Source: Asterias rubens
Lineage: Eukaryota
Direction of reading: 5' to 3'
DNA length: 64,000 nucleotides
Assembly: GCF_902459465.1 (NCBI RefSeq)
Contig: NC_047068.1
Span: 558,001-622,000, forward strand
Shown: piece by piece, positions 12,401 to 25,000 of the stretch
Position numbering within the stretch: the first letter of the stretch is position 1
How the letters are laid out: the number at the start of each line of letters is the position of its first letter
Notes under the pieces: model-generated
What the model was told of the DNA's origin: nothing
Database searches by the model: none
The model's input: the letters and a program-made list of their open reading frames with translations, nothing else
Position numbers and translations under genes: made by a program

Positions 12401-15400
12401 CTTGTTTGAGCCTCTGGAAGAATATCATCGGCCACGACGTAGATCATTGCACCGGCAGCAAAAGCTAAGGCATAGGGTAGAATCGGTTCAGCGACTACAA
12501 CCGCCATGGCTCCGAGTACACCAGCAATGGGTTCAACCAACCCGCTTAATTGGCCATACCTTTTGATGTGGAAAAACAAAACGATTGATGAAAAAAAAAA
12601 AAACCCAAACACACACAAATTACAAGCTGGTTAATGGATGACATTTTGTCATCCTATCTGATTGGGAGACTATGGGGGATGTAAGGTTGCAGTAGACTTT
12701 AACAAGAATTGGCCTAAAAATGTTGGGGAAAATACAAAATACCGCCAGGTTGTAGCTCAACATGTTTACAAAACCAGAATTTTGGGTCCTTTCTCATAAA
12801 CGTCTCTGACCAATTCCGCCCAAAATCAACAAAAGGAAACACACCAACAAACGAAAGACTAAACTAACCAACAATTACAGAACTATACTGTGACAACTGA
12901 AAAAAAGTCCTACGTTACAAGAAAAAAGCTCTTGAAAAAATACAAGAGGGTACGGTTATCTAGAAGCGAAAGAATAAACAAGCGATTGGATTATAATGGC
13001 TATACGTCAGGCGAAAAAACTGAACCAAACTGTTATAGGGTTGGCAACAGAACAATAAGAATAAATAAACACAGCGCGATTCTCACACAGAATGTGCTCG
13101 CAGACGTTCATTTCCATACAAGGATGTAAATGAACTAAAGTTATATACATGGAAATTGGTTTAACTACCCAGCTAGGCTGAGCCCCCTAGGCTTCCTGGT
13201 CTAATCACCGATTTGATCTTTAACAACACCACTCAAGAACTCTTATAGTTACTTACCAGAAACTCGTCCAGGTTGAGTAACCAGACCCTCTGAGAGGAAG
13301 ACTAACAGCAAGGCCTTCTGGGAAATTCTGGATGCCGATCCCAATAGCTAAATTCCTGCAATGTCAAAAACATAGTAATTAATTTGTGACAATAAAATAA
13401 ATTATTACAGTACAAAGTGATACCACTGATCATAAGTATTTTCTTCACAATTTCATCTTGAACTATGAAAATTAAGACCCAGTACTGTCACAGGTTGACT
13501 AATGGAAGCAGTTGGAAATAGTTGTTTTGTATATTTTGTGGTACACTAAAATATAGGGCCATGATTTGCTGTTGTAAATAGTGCTAACGCGAGCTGCTAC
13601 TGTGCAACTGCTGGGGCAAGCGCTACTGGCTACTGTGCAGCGGCTACAGCTACTGTGTTGAAATGTTGTAAATAGTTTGGACAGGTGGGCAAGTGCTACT
13701 GTGCAGCAGTATAACTTGCAATGCAAGCACAAAGGCTTTTTTGTTAGAGGGGTCCTTTGTTTTCCTTGGGGCGTTGGCTCTCAGGAATGTCTTGAGAATT
13801 TCACTGGTATGCTTGAGTGTAGATAGTGGTGGTGGTGTATATGAATGGGAGAAAGTGAATTGATGTGCAGAGTACCAGTTCTGAAGTGAGTGGGGTGATG
13901 TGTAGGAAGTTGGGGCTATGCATTTAGAGTTCTGCTTGCGTTGCTACAGCACAGACGTTAAGTTCTGGTGAGGCACAGAGGAGGAATGAGCTCGACAAAT
14001 CATGGCCCTTATCCACCCGGCTAGTAACTTCCGAGAGTGGAGGATTTGACGCCCTTGTAACATGTATTAGAGAAAGCACATGGGACTGTCGGCCAACATA
14101 CACTGAGCTATGGTGGTGAATGAGAAAGCCGGAGAGGCGAAACCTTTGCATCAATTGAACTGGATAATCTGGAACTGGGAAAGAATGCCAAGATGAACAT
14201 CCAATAAACACTTGTACGAACATTGATGAACTATGATAGTGTAGATTCAACGAGAGAGTTGAAGAGCCTAAGGAGTGAGGTTAACCCTTAGATTAGACAG
14301 TTGTTGAACACTTGTTGGATTATTGAGAAGTTACCAAGTACTGTGATATGTTGTCGAATTATGGAGAAGTTGCAAACTATTTGAGATATACTGTTGGATT
14401 ATTGAGAAGTTGCAACGCACAGGAGATATATTGTTGAAACATTGAGAATTTGCAAAGTACTGTAGATAGATTGTTGAATCATTGAGAATTTGCAAAGTAC
14501 TGTATATATAATATTGTTGAATTTATCGAGAAGGAGGAAGCTGAGAAACTAGTTAAGAGCACTCGGAGTCTGTAACTCCAAAAGCTAAGAGTTGGGGTGA
14601 CTGACTTCGTGGATTGGAAGTAGTAAATTTTGAAGGTTGGATTTATTGTAGTTTGAGGCATGAATTTCGTTGTTTAAGCAGTGGCCACTGAAAGGAACTC
14701 AGAGAGCAGTATTGTTTTGTAAATAAATTTGTAATATTTTGTAAATATAATCTTGATTGGCTTGAGTGCAAATTTATTTCTGCAGTGTTGGTTTCTTCCT
14801 CGGTTGCAACAACAACCCCGATGGGTTGGTTGTGCATTTACAAAATGTTGATGGCAGAAAAAGAAGCGTAGTTATCAGGATCAGGAGTGTGAACCACCCA
14901 GCCCAAGAGACCTTTATCAAGGTGCAGCCATCTTGATTCTCTCACAATCAAATCAATGTAGCCAAACCGATGCTGGAAGGAGAAACAATCTGGCTCCTTT
15001 TTGTGTAATGAATAATTACTATTGATTACTGTTGTTGGATAGAAATAGCATGGCTTAGGTGGCAGCATGATAGTGGTCAATATTTTTTCTCAGTGTACAT
15101 TTCGAGGCTCAGTTGACAAATGGAGCAAAAAGATCAAGATGAATCCTCACCTTGCCCTTTCAAATGTTGCTGCTGGTGTTTTCCCAATGGCTCCAAAACC
15201 TACACCAACAGCTAAGCCCTCTGTGGAAGAGAAAAGTAAAATCAGCAGAAGATAAAAACTAGCATAATACATGTTTAAACAAAAACTCATTCAATATAAA
15301 GGCACTGGACACATTTGACCAAAGACAAGTGTTCTCACATTGTGTATCCCGACATATGCATAAAATAACAAATCTATGAAAAGTTTGACTCAATTGGTCA

Positions 15401-18400
15401 TCAAAGTTGCAAGCGAATAATGCAAGAAAAAACACCTTTCAGGCCTGAAGTCTTTGAACATTTAAATGAGCATTGTATTGTGAGCTTTCAGTATTTATTA
15501 GGTTTGTGTTAACACCATGATAATCTACTTTGCTGTGTATACTGTTCTAGAAATCATGCGTGCACGAAAACGAAATAGAATGCGTTGAAGCTAAAGAAAA
15601 CAAAATTTGAACTAATAAGGAAAGGTGCTCGAACTTAAAGACACTGGACACTGTTGGTAATTGTCAAAGACCAGTCTTCTCACATGGTGTATCTCAACAT
15701 ATGCATAAAATAACAAACCTGTGAAAATTTGAGCTCAATTGGTCGTTGAAGTTGCTAGATAACTATGAAAGAAAAAACACCCTTGTCACACGAAGTGGTG
15801 TGCTTTCAGATGCTTGGTTTCGAGACCTCAAATTCTAAATCTGAGGTCTCAAAATCAAATTCGTGGAAAATTACTTCTTTCTCAAAAAACTACAATTTTT
15901 CACAATGTTTCATACTATCAACAGCTCTCCATTGCTCCATTACAAGTTTTTATACTAACAATTATTTTGAGGAATTACCAACAGTGTCAAGTGCCTTTAA
16001 GGGAGCATCTCAAAAGTTGGGGACTATTTTTGGCTTGAAATGAACGCTCCGTCTTATCAGTAATCAACAGTCGATAAGGTGTGATTCAATTTCAACAGTT
16101 CAGCATTCACTGGTCAAATGAGACGATTCAAATTCACCAGGACATTAAAGCAAAAAGCAACAGGCTGGTTTAAGCTTGGGCGATACCACGATATTATCGA
16201 GTATCACGATACTAATTTGGAAACGATTTCGATATCGGATCGATTTGGTCTTAATCGAAATATCGATATATCGCGATATTGCGATATTGATTAAGTATCG
16301 CAATATCGCGATGTATTTCCTAGCTGAGACATCTTCTTGCATCTTGCATTGTTGTACTCTCCCATAAGCATTGCTGCTGTCCTGGAGAGAGTGGGTTGCA
16401 ATTTCCATTTGTGCTCTGTGCTTGTGCTTTCAAGATAGTGCTTATAAGATGGTGATAATGTTAATTTGTCCTAAGAGGGATTGGTAGACATCTTGCACCC
16501 CATAGGTTTGGGGTAAAAACCAGAAGAATAGGTCACTAGAACACCTCTCTTAAATAACACGATATATTGTCGGCGATATATAAGAACAAAATCAATTGCG
16601 CTAAAACGAAATTGCAATAGTAGCTGAAAAGAAACCCTAGTTTGACTGAATTATAGGGGAAAATGCAGGATTTTGAAAGCTTTTAAATAAAATTGATTAA
16701 ACTTTTTACCAGAAAAATCTGTACAAAAGGATCAGAAAGTACGATTCTAATTTCCTATAGACCGATCCAGTAAGCTCCGCCCACGACGCACGTGTGATCA
16801 AGAACACATGGAGCTCTCACACGCTTTTCTGCACAACTCTGCCACGCGCGCCAAGATTCGCGCACGCATGTCGGACCTTAGTGTCGGACCTTCGTTGCGT
16901 TGTGATTGGTTAATACGCAATTGGGCGGAGCTTAATGGATTGGTCTATTGTTTCAAACATTTTTTTGAATGAATAATTGATCTCAGCTTACCTGGAATAT
17001 TATGAATGGTTATTGCAACAATAAGCAGCAGTATCCGCTTCCATGTGATGAGTCTCTGATCGACTGACCTTTGACCTTGAAGGTCACCGTTTGAGTTTGC
17101 TGACGGTAACTGGGAGGCTTTAACTTTTCTTTGCGTAACGTTTGGATATCCTGGTTCTGCAAAGGAAACAAAGAATAGAAAATATAATAATACATTTATT
17201 CATGTTAAAAAAAAATATATATAGAGACTAGAGAGACAACTGTGATGCAAGGAGAAACTTGAACATTTCAAATACAAGATATGACCGTATTGCCCTGAAA
17301 CAACGGATTGATGATTTGTGCTGGTGTTGATAATCAACATTCACACTAGTGCAGTATGAGAACGAACTTTGTGTAGGGTAGGGCTCAAATTAATACATGA
17401 CTGCAGGCCTGGGCCCAATTTCATGGCTCTGCTTACCGCCGAATTCTGCGCTTACGGTCATGGTTCCCTGCTTACTGCAAGCGCCAACTTCTGTGCTAGG
17501 CTTGTAAGCATAGATTGCCTTGTAATGTGGAGTACGCACGCGCATTAGCCAAAATTCGCCGCTAACCCCTGAAATACGTTTGCCATTAGCACAGAATTCC
17601 CTGCTTCCAGAGACGCCGATTCCGTGCTAATGGTAAGCAGACCCATGAAAAAGGGCCCTCTATCTCTATGTTTGAATGGAGCCAGAGCCATTCTCATAGT
17701 GTCATAGAGCTCTCTGTGAGTATTGTTTGTGTAAATCATCTTTTTATTAGAGAGATACTGGTCTTTTTAGGGCAAGTTGAATCAGATATTTCTAACCCTG
17801 TGTTGATCTTTTCCCCTTCACACACATGAATTCGTAGTTCTATTTTATCATGTGCTATTGGAGGATTAAAATCAGTTCAAGTGCAGGAGATCACTTTATA
17901 TTTTATAAGTCATCATGTGGATTTGGCTTTTGTTGTATTTTGGTGAAAGCTTTTTAATTAGAATATTTCTACATTACCATTAGGAGTGGCTTCTTCATCT
18001 TCTCTACTACTCATTACTGAAGTCAATAAGAGATCATCATCATGCATCTTCGGCTCAGATCTCACGGCTAGTGCTACAGCTGGCGAGCCCTGGAAGGCAT
18101 ATGCAAAAAAAAGTTCTTGTACACAATACAAAATTAAAAATGCAAATTCTTTAAGGGCAGTGGAAACTATTGGTAATTACTCAAAATAATTATTATCATA
18201 AAACCTGTCTTGATTATGAGTAATGGGGAGAGGTTGATAGTATAAAACATTGTGAGAAACAGCTCCCTCTGAAGTGAAGTAGTTTCAGAAAGAAGTAATT
18301 TTCCACGAATTTGATTTCAAGACCTAAGATTTAGAATTTGAGGTCTCCAAATCAAACATCAGAAAGAACACAACTCTGGTGACCATAGTGCGACAAGGGC

Positions 18401-21400
18401 CTTCTTTTTTTTCTTACATTAATATCTTGCAACTTCGACGACCGATTGAGCTCAAATTTTCACAGGTTTGTTATTTTATGCATGTTGAGATACACCAACT
18501 GTGAAGACTAGTCTTTGACAATTACCAATAGTGTCCAGTGTCTTTAAGATAAGAATACTTTTTCCATTAATTTTATCAAATGTCTTTCTCTACCTGATTA
18601 CTATGTACTTTTTCTTACTTGGAGAATAACTGACAGTTCTTAACCATCATTTTTATTTCCTACCCAATTGCATGGGTTTTTTCCATATTTGAAGTATTCC
18701 TCTGACACCTCACATCAACCCAAATGAGCACAGAGCACAGCCAGAAAGCAAAAGAATTTGAATTTTCCGAAGGGAGGCAAATTGGAGGGCCCGGAGAGAA
18801 ACCCCTGTGGCACAAACAATATCTCTTGGTCTGATGTTATATGATGATGCTACTTTTATTCTATTCAAAAATTATTGGCAGGGAGGGAGGATTTATAAAA
18901 ACTCTTACAATGTCTGGCATCAGTATGTCAGCACCATACACAAACAGTGCTCCTAGTAAGAATCCAATCGCTGCAGGGACGAATGCCCATTGGCCGTCAG
19001 CACCATAGCTTCCTGATGATTGGGCGAGCTCAATTGCTGGTGCTAGAAGTGACCAATAGGATGCTGCCAGCATCACCTGTGTAATCAAAGGCAAGGGTGT
19101 TGAGTATGCTGAAAGGAATTGGTGGATACTGTTGTTACTTAGTTAACTGTAGGCTAAAAATTTGAAATTTGTTTTTCCCCTCCTGGTGTGTTCCAAGTTC
19201 CGTGACAGGGTCAGTGAGCCCTACAAAAATGGCTTTAATCACTGGTTGACTTCATCATACAAATCTCTATTTGCAACTTCCAATCTCAGGTTAGACATTT
19301 GTTGGCAGTGTTTTTTTACTAGTTAGCCAAGTTTTTTCTTCCCAGTTCTAAATCAACTATCAGACGTACGTTGCAAAGGCCAATCTCCTCACTTTGTAAG
19401 TCTATGCAGGGCTCAACCTTTCCACTGGACTTTACACTGGACCACCGGCCCGAGGCCAGTAGTTTGAGTGTCGGGCCACTAAACTCATGACCGAACAAGT
19501 CCAGCAGTCTTATGTGTTTTCAACTGAATAATAGAACCTCATTGTGATATATCTTAAACAATCAAACTTCTCTGAAACAAAAACAAGGAACTTTGTTCAA
19601 ATATTTATTTTGAGTCTGATAAACAACACCTTTCAATTCTTTTCCAAGAAGACAAAATGAGACAGGCCTATCTTTCTCATATTGTATGACATACAGTGCT
19701 TGTTCAAATAATGTATGTTAAACTGTTCTGGTCTTGTTAAAGTCACCTGGAAGTGGTATTTTGTCAAAATAAAGTATTTGTCATTAAAATATGTGTTCTG
19801 ATGAGTGGAATATGAATTATAAACAGTTAACTAAGGTTCTAAAAAATTAGTTTCCATTTTATTTACAAATTTAAAAGTAGGCCCGACCCGAGAGGGCGCT
19901 GTTCGTGACATCAATCGAGGTGCGATATTTGAAGAGAAAATGTTTAGTCTGGCCCCGGACCGGACCACTTTGCAAACTGACCCCATCTTTAGTTGTTTTG
20001 CTGCATCCAGCAGCAATACACGTGGTCGACATTGCCGGAAATATGCAAAAAATTAACCTTTTTTCGAAACGTATGACTAGGACTTGCATGAACTTGCACG
20101 TATTGATTTGAGCTGTAAGGAGCGGTTTAGGAGCATTTTAATGTTTGTGTGCAAATTGTATGTTAAATAAAAAATACTATTAGTGTAACTGTCCTATTTT
20201 TCGGTGAATTTTATTGTAAATTGGGCACAGTATTTGGCCGAAATAACAATTGAAGTGTAACATTGTGTTTATTGTACAAAAGAGAATGGGAATTTGTTAA
20301 AGAAATTTATATAGAGAATTTTTTGTTTTCAAACTAGACCCAGTTACTGGGGCGCTGTACTCCATTTTTCGAATAGCTATGACAGATAATGTCAAAATTC
20401 GAAAAAAAAAATACAGCGCCCCAGTTACTAGGTCTATTTTCAAACCAGTTCTTTTTCAGATTTGTATACACTTAACAAATCAACATCTTCTGTTCATTTG
20501 TTACATTTAAAAGTTCTCAACTACAAAACAAAACAAATTAAAACTCACCCCTGCTGCAAAACCTAGACTGCCATCAAGAATTTTCCTCTGCGGAAAGATT
20601 AAATGTGAAAATAAAATTACTGCCACATAAAACATTTTTGGATATAGAGTGTTAATTTGACTCTTCAAAATGTAAGAACACCATGCACTGTAATTCACCT
20701 GTAAACATGGGTTAAAAATTGGAGAACAATTATAAAACACTGTCATCTGGTCATATTCAGCTGAAATGTTCATTCATTAAATTATATTATTTTTCTTTAT
20801 AATTTAATTAATCAGCATTTAATATTTTGACAAAAACATATGACCCTACACCTTCAACTTGTTAGCTAGCTAGAGGGTAGAGTAGAAATAAAATAGAACA
20901 TTATGTAACCAAAAAATATAATTTTAATTACCGAATACCGTTATGAAAAAAATACTGTTCAAAACAAATTCAAATAATTTGACGACCACCTGACCACACA
21001 GCTCTTTCAGAATAATTTTCCTTATATAATAATATTAATATTATAAAAATTAAATTAAAGGGGCATATTCTGTATTGTTGACTGCCTGCCACTTTTTCAA
21101 TTGTTAATTTAATTTAGACCACACATATTTGGGTCCAGGTTTGGGTCAAACTAAATAATAAAATTCGAATTAGGCCTACTCACTACTGTCATGACTGTCC
21201 TGAATTATAAAAATGGGTTTAACAATCAAGACAGTTTAGTTTACTCAATTTTTGGTTGGGTGAAAATGTGGCAGTCGAGTTCAATATCTTTTCCCAAGAA
21301 AAAGTCAAGTCAAGTAGCATGGCCCTAGGCCTAAGTTGGAAAAAAATAGTTTCTTAAAAAAGAAGTTTAAACTTCAATTTAATTTGGAAAATATTACATC

Positions 21401-21628
21401 CATGACAATGATCCAACTCTTCCAATTCCAGTTTGAGTTTATTTTTCACGGATATTAACAATTAAATTTAAAATGTTACAATATTAAATTATGTTATCCT
21501 TGCCGCTTTTTAGAACTTACCTTTCCGCTCGAAAACACAAAGACCAGGGCAGAGCCAGCTGCAGTCACACCCCAGGTGAATAATGTCCCAAGCAGCGCTT
21601 GGGTGACGGGACCGTATCCTTGGATCAT
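9475..21628 (-). CDS. SLC39A11: Zinc transporter ZIP11 (GufA subfamily), 9 exons, 332 aa
   Basis: Exons (-): 21628-21521, 20587-20549, 19076-18909, 18089-17978, 17156-16992, 15220-15151, 13355-13257, 12559-12401, 9553-9475. All introns GT-AG, phases consistent, 999 nt total. Translation: [20 protein letters not shown]..., [63 protein letters not shown], ...MMSLDVGLG*. Confidence 0.95.
10243..11535. repeat. About 60-bp minisatellite, about 21 units
   Basis: Unit GAAATATTTCCATCTGAAAGCT..TGATT.TAAAGTTCATACCAGTACCAATCCT. Confidence 0.95.
11693..12262. repeat. About 190-bp tandem repeat x3
   Basis: Unit starts CCAACTAATATCATGAACCATTCAC. Confidence 0.9.
14300..14530. repeat. About 40-bp degenerate tandem repeat
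   Basis: TGTTGAA..ATTGAGAA(G/T)TTGCAAAGTACTGT units. Confidence 0.7.
15639..15996. mobile_element. Kolobok-type MITE, main family
   Basis: TTAA-flanked copy. Confidence 0.8.
16178..16325. mobile_element. hAT-like MITE with CGATA subterminal repeats
   Basis: GCTTGGGCGATA start and many CGATA/TATCG motifs. Confidence 0.5.
16759..16946. mobile_element. AT-flanked MITE (AGACC...GGTCT; GCTCCGCCCA family)
   Basis: Copies at 26713-26902 and, degenerate, at about 25165-25350. Confidence 0.75.
18155..18543. mobile_element. Kolobok-type MITE, main family (reverse)
   Basis: TTAA-flanked copy. Confidence 0.8.
19741..20230 (-). mobile_element. Kolobok-like deletion derivative with a THAP-domain N-terminal fragment
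   Basis: TTAA|AGTCACCTGGAAG end at 19741; the minus strand 20032-19973 encodes [20 protein letters not shown]. Right boundary approximate. Confidence 0.55.
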
Positions 21629-22087
21629 GGTGTACCGTTGAAGTCGCTTATTTCACGGACGACACAGTTCCCAGATTTAGCAAAAGTGCAAAACAGCACA
21701 GCAGTCAGCAGACGACACCAAAATCACGTCGTATGTGTATTTGCTAATTAGCTGACGTGGAGGCACAATAAATGCCACAGCTGCTAACAGGTTGTGCTAT
21801 GTGGGTTGAGAGAAATTTCACTGTATTTTAATTAAGCATATTCTGTCTGTTAAATCAGAAAAACAAACAATTGCCACATGAACAAACCGTAGGTCGATAA
21901 CTTTTCCGTATCAGCTGCGCGTCGTGTGTGTTTTTTGCAAAAATAATGGTCCAGATCAATAGCGCCACCAATAGGCAGATTTTGGCAAGTCGGCTCTTGG
22001 GGATGTACACACCACACATTAATTAATTAGCAGTCCTGAAGAAAGTTGATGTTTTTTCCCCCAATTTCTATGCCTTACTAGTCCCAG
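21629..22087. promoter_or_regulatory. Putative bidirectional promoter, SLC39A11/MLST8
   Basis: Divergent ATGs 460 bp apart; the interval is CpG-enriched. Confidence 0.65.
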
Positions 22088-25000
22088 ATGGCCAATCTAA
22101 ACGAAGGAGGCGATCGTCAGGTGATCCTAGCAACTGCTGGATATGACCACACGATCCGATTTTGGCAAGCACACACAGGAATTTGTCACAGAACAGTTCA
22201 ACATCAAGACTCTGTATCCTTCATTCAGTATTTATTTTTCTGATTTTACTAAATTTATTTTAATTCAATTTAGAATTAGATTAGAATAATGTTTTGGGTT
22301 AGATCTTTCTAGTTTTATTTATTACTAGTTATGATTGTAAATGTAATTGAATACATATGTCCTTAAATACTCTTGCGGTAATCGATATGGGGTGTCGTGG
22401 CAGAGCGGATAAGACCAAAGAGCACCGAACTCGACTTACTCAAGCTCTGGGCCCAATTTCATAGAGCTGCTAAGCACAAAAATTTGCTAAGCATTAAATT
22501 TCTTCCTTGATAAAAACAGGATAACCAGCCAAATTTCCACGTGATTTTCAGATAAGCAAACAACAGCTGAATACCAGTAACAAGCAATATGCAACAAATG
22601 GAAATTTAGTCGATAATCCTGTTTTTTGAAGGAAGAAATTTCATGCTAAGTAAATTTTGGTGCTTAACAGCTCTATGAAATTGGGCCCTGGTGTTTCTGT
22701 TCAGCAGGGTGTTGGTTCGAATCCCGTTCTTGCCACTTGTGTCCCTGACCTGAGCAAGACACTTTAATTGCTTCTCTCCACCCAGGGGTAGATGGGTACC
22801 TGTGAGGGCAGAGATGGTTCTTGTGGTTGGTGTAATATTAATAGCTTAGTGCACTACATATTTGGCGGCACAGGCTGTATACTCCCCAGGGAGCTGAGAT
22901 GGTTTAAGGAATGAAAATGGTCCATTGATCAGGGTAATAATGTTGGAAGCGCTTTGAGACATGGTGTATAAANNNNNNNNNNNNNNNNNNNNNNNNNNNN
23001 NNNNNNNNNNNNNNNNNNNNNNNNNNNNNNNNNNNNNNNNNNNNNNNNNNNNNNNNNNNNNNNNNNNNNNNNNNNNNNNNNNNNNNNNNNNNNNNNNNNN
23101 NNNNNNNNNNNNNNNNNNNNNNNNNNNNNNNNNNNNNNNNNNNNNNNNNNNNNNNNNNNNNNNNNNNNNNATTCTCCTCCACAAAGAAAATTAATTGTTA
23201 GATTTTTACTATATGAAAAGTAACTTCTTTTCCTATTTAATTTAACAGACTTAAATCAATACACAAGATATTGCCTATCAGTTCCAACTGCCATGCGATC
23301 ACACAATGAAATCACATTTTAAGGCATATTTTGCTTGTTAAGTTTTATCTCGACTCGAGTTGTTGTGGACTTATGGAATGGTGGAGTTGTCATAAAAAGC
23401 TGTTGAGTCATATGGAGGAAGGATGGTTGAGCTACGTTATGCTGTAGGGGTGCAACTGCAACCTCAGCTAACCTCAAAGACAAAGAAGCCACGTTTTCTT
23501 TAACTTTCTTACCTTTCACAGCAAGTGAACTGTTTAGAAATTACACCGGATAGACATCTTCTTGCTGCAGCGGGTAAGAAATAATTATCAGATTATCAAC
23601 TGTTTGATTCAGGGAATCAATGTGTGGTGAAGAGGTTTTCAACTAGTGGTTTAATCCCAACGAGGCCTGGTTCTTGATAATTTTACCGAGACGAAGTCAA
23701 GGTAAATTATCAAGAACCAGGCCTCGGCGTGTTTAAACCACTAGTTCAAAACCGATTCAACACACTTTGATTCCCATTCATAAATACCTTTTCTGTCAAA
23801 AACATCAACACTTTTTGGTCAAAAAGAAAAGTAAAAATAAATGCAAAAATTATAATATTGTTCAATGATTTCTTTCAACACAACACCCCTCCAGCTATGA
23901 AATGGTAAGGCCCAGTCAAGGCCCTCGGGTAAACAACTCCTTATAAGGGAATGCTGTGCGCGTCGCACGTATCGCGTGATGTGGCACAACTGTTTCAGCC
24001 GTTGCTCTCGACCAATAGGAATGAAGAAACTGTCTTATAAGCACAGGTGCAAACTTGCGTGTCACGCCCATGTTTCAACACATTTTACTGGTCATAAACA
24101 AAGGTTTATACACACCCACGTGACGCGCTCTCCACCAATAGGAATAGCGAAACTGTCTGAGGTATTATGAATGATAGATAAACCATGCCAGCCTGGTGAA
24201 TGCATTCTACAGGGTAGTTGTGACAATTAAAACTGTCAATCCTCCCGGCGACCGTCGGGAGGATGGAGGGTTACGATCATCGCAACTAAACAGGGTTATT
24301 TTCGTGCTTAGCTTTGCCACCATATACAACTCACCCATGTAGTGGAATGGTTTAAAATTGTATCAGTTTGCAGGAAAGTTTTGACTGAGGATTATGAGGG
24401 TTAAGGGCTCCTCTCTTTTATGAGGGAAATTTAATTTATACTGGAAAATTTCACAACACAGATGCAGTGACCAGTGGGCATGGAGGCAATTGCCCTTTAC
24501 TTGTGTAAAAAACAGGTCTACTTCCGTCTCCTGACGATGACTAGAGCAAGCTAGTCGAAACTTTGAGACCAACCCAATAACTGACTCCCCGATAGTACAG
24601 TTAATTACGATCATATAAGCTAAAGTAGTAGTCCCAGCCTATTTCTATACCATCTGCCGGGGTAATAGTTAATAAGCAGGACAGTTCTTTGCAGAACTGA
24701 GAAGTCTCCCGAACACCCTAAAAATCTACTCTGCGATAGTAGAATTAAGCAAGACAGTTCTCTAAGAACAAACTCTGCCTGGCAAGTAGATACACACATG
24801 TTGTTACCACAAACCAAATATATATTGATACCTCACCATGCAATGCCTCAAATCCTATATACTTTTATGTCGTTTACAGTTCAAAGCTTGTGCCGAAACT
24901 TAAATCAGTTTCTATGCATCTCTTTCCTCGACAGGTTACCAGCACATTCGCATGTATGATATCAATTCCAACGATGCGTCACCAGTGATCAACTACGAGG

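Larger units (their letters stand above)
22214..23521 (+). other. U12-type (minor spliceosome) GT-AG intron, MLST8 intron 1
   Basis: 5' site GTATCCTT; branch-like TTTCTTTAAC at 23495-23504, 17 nt from the terminal AG. Confidence 0.85.

Noticed and set aside
22846-23194. ORFs spanning N
   Set aside because: Artefact of the assembly gap plus a SINE tail.
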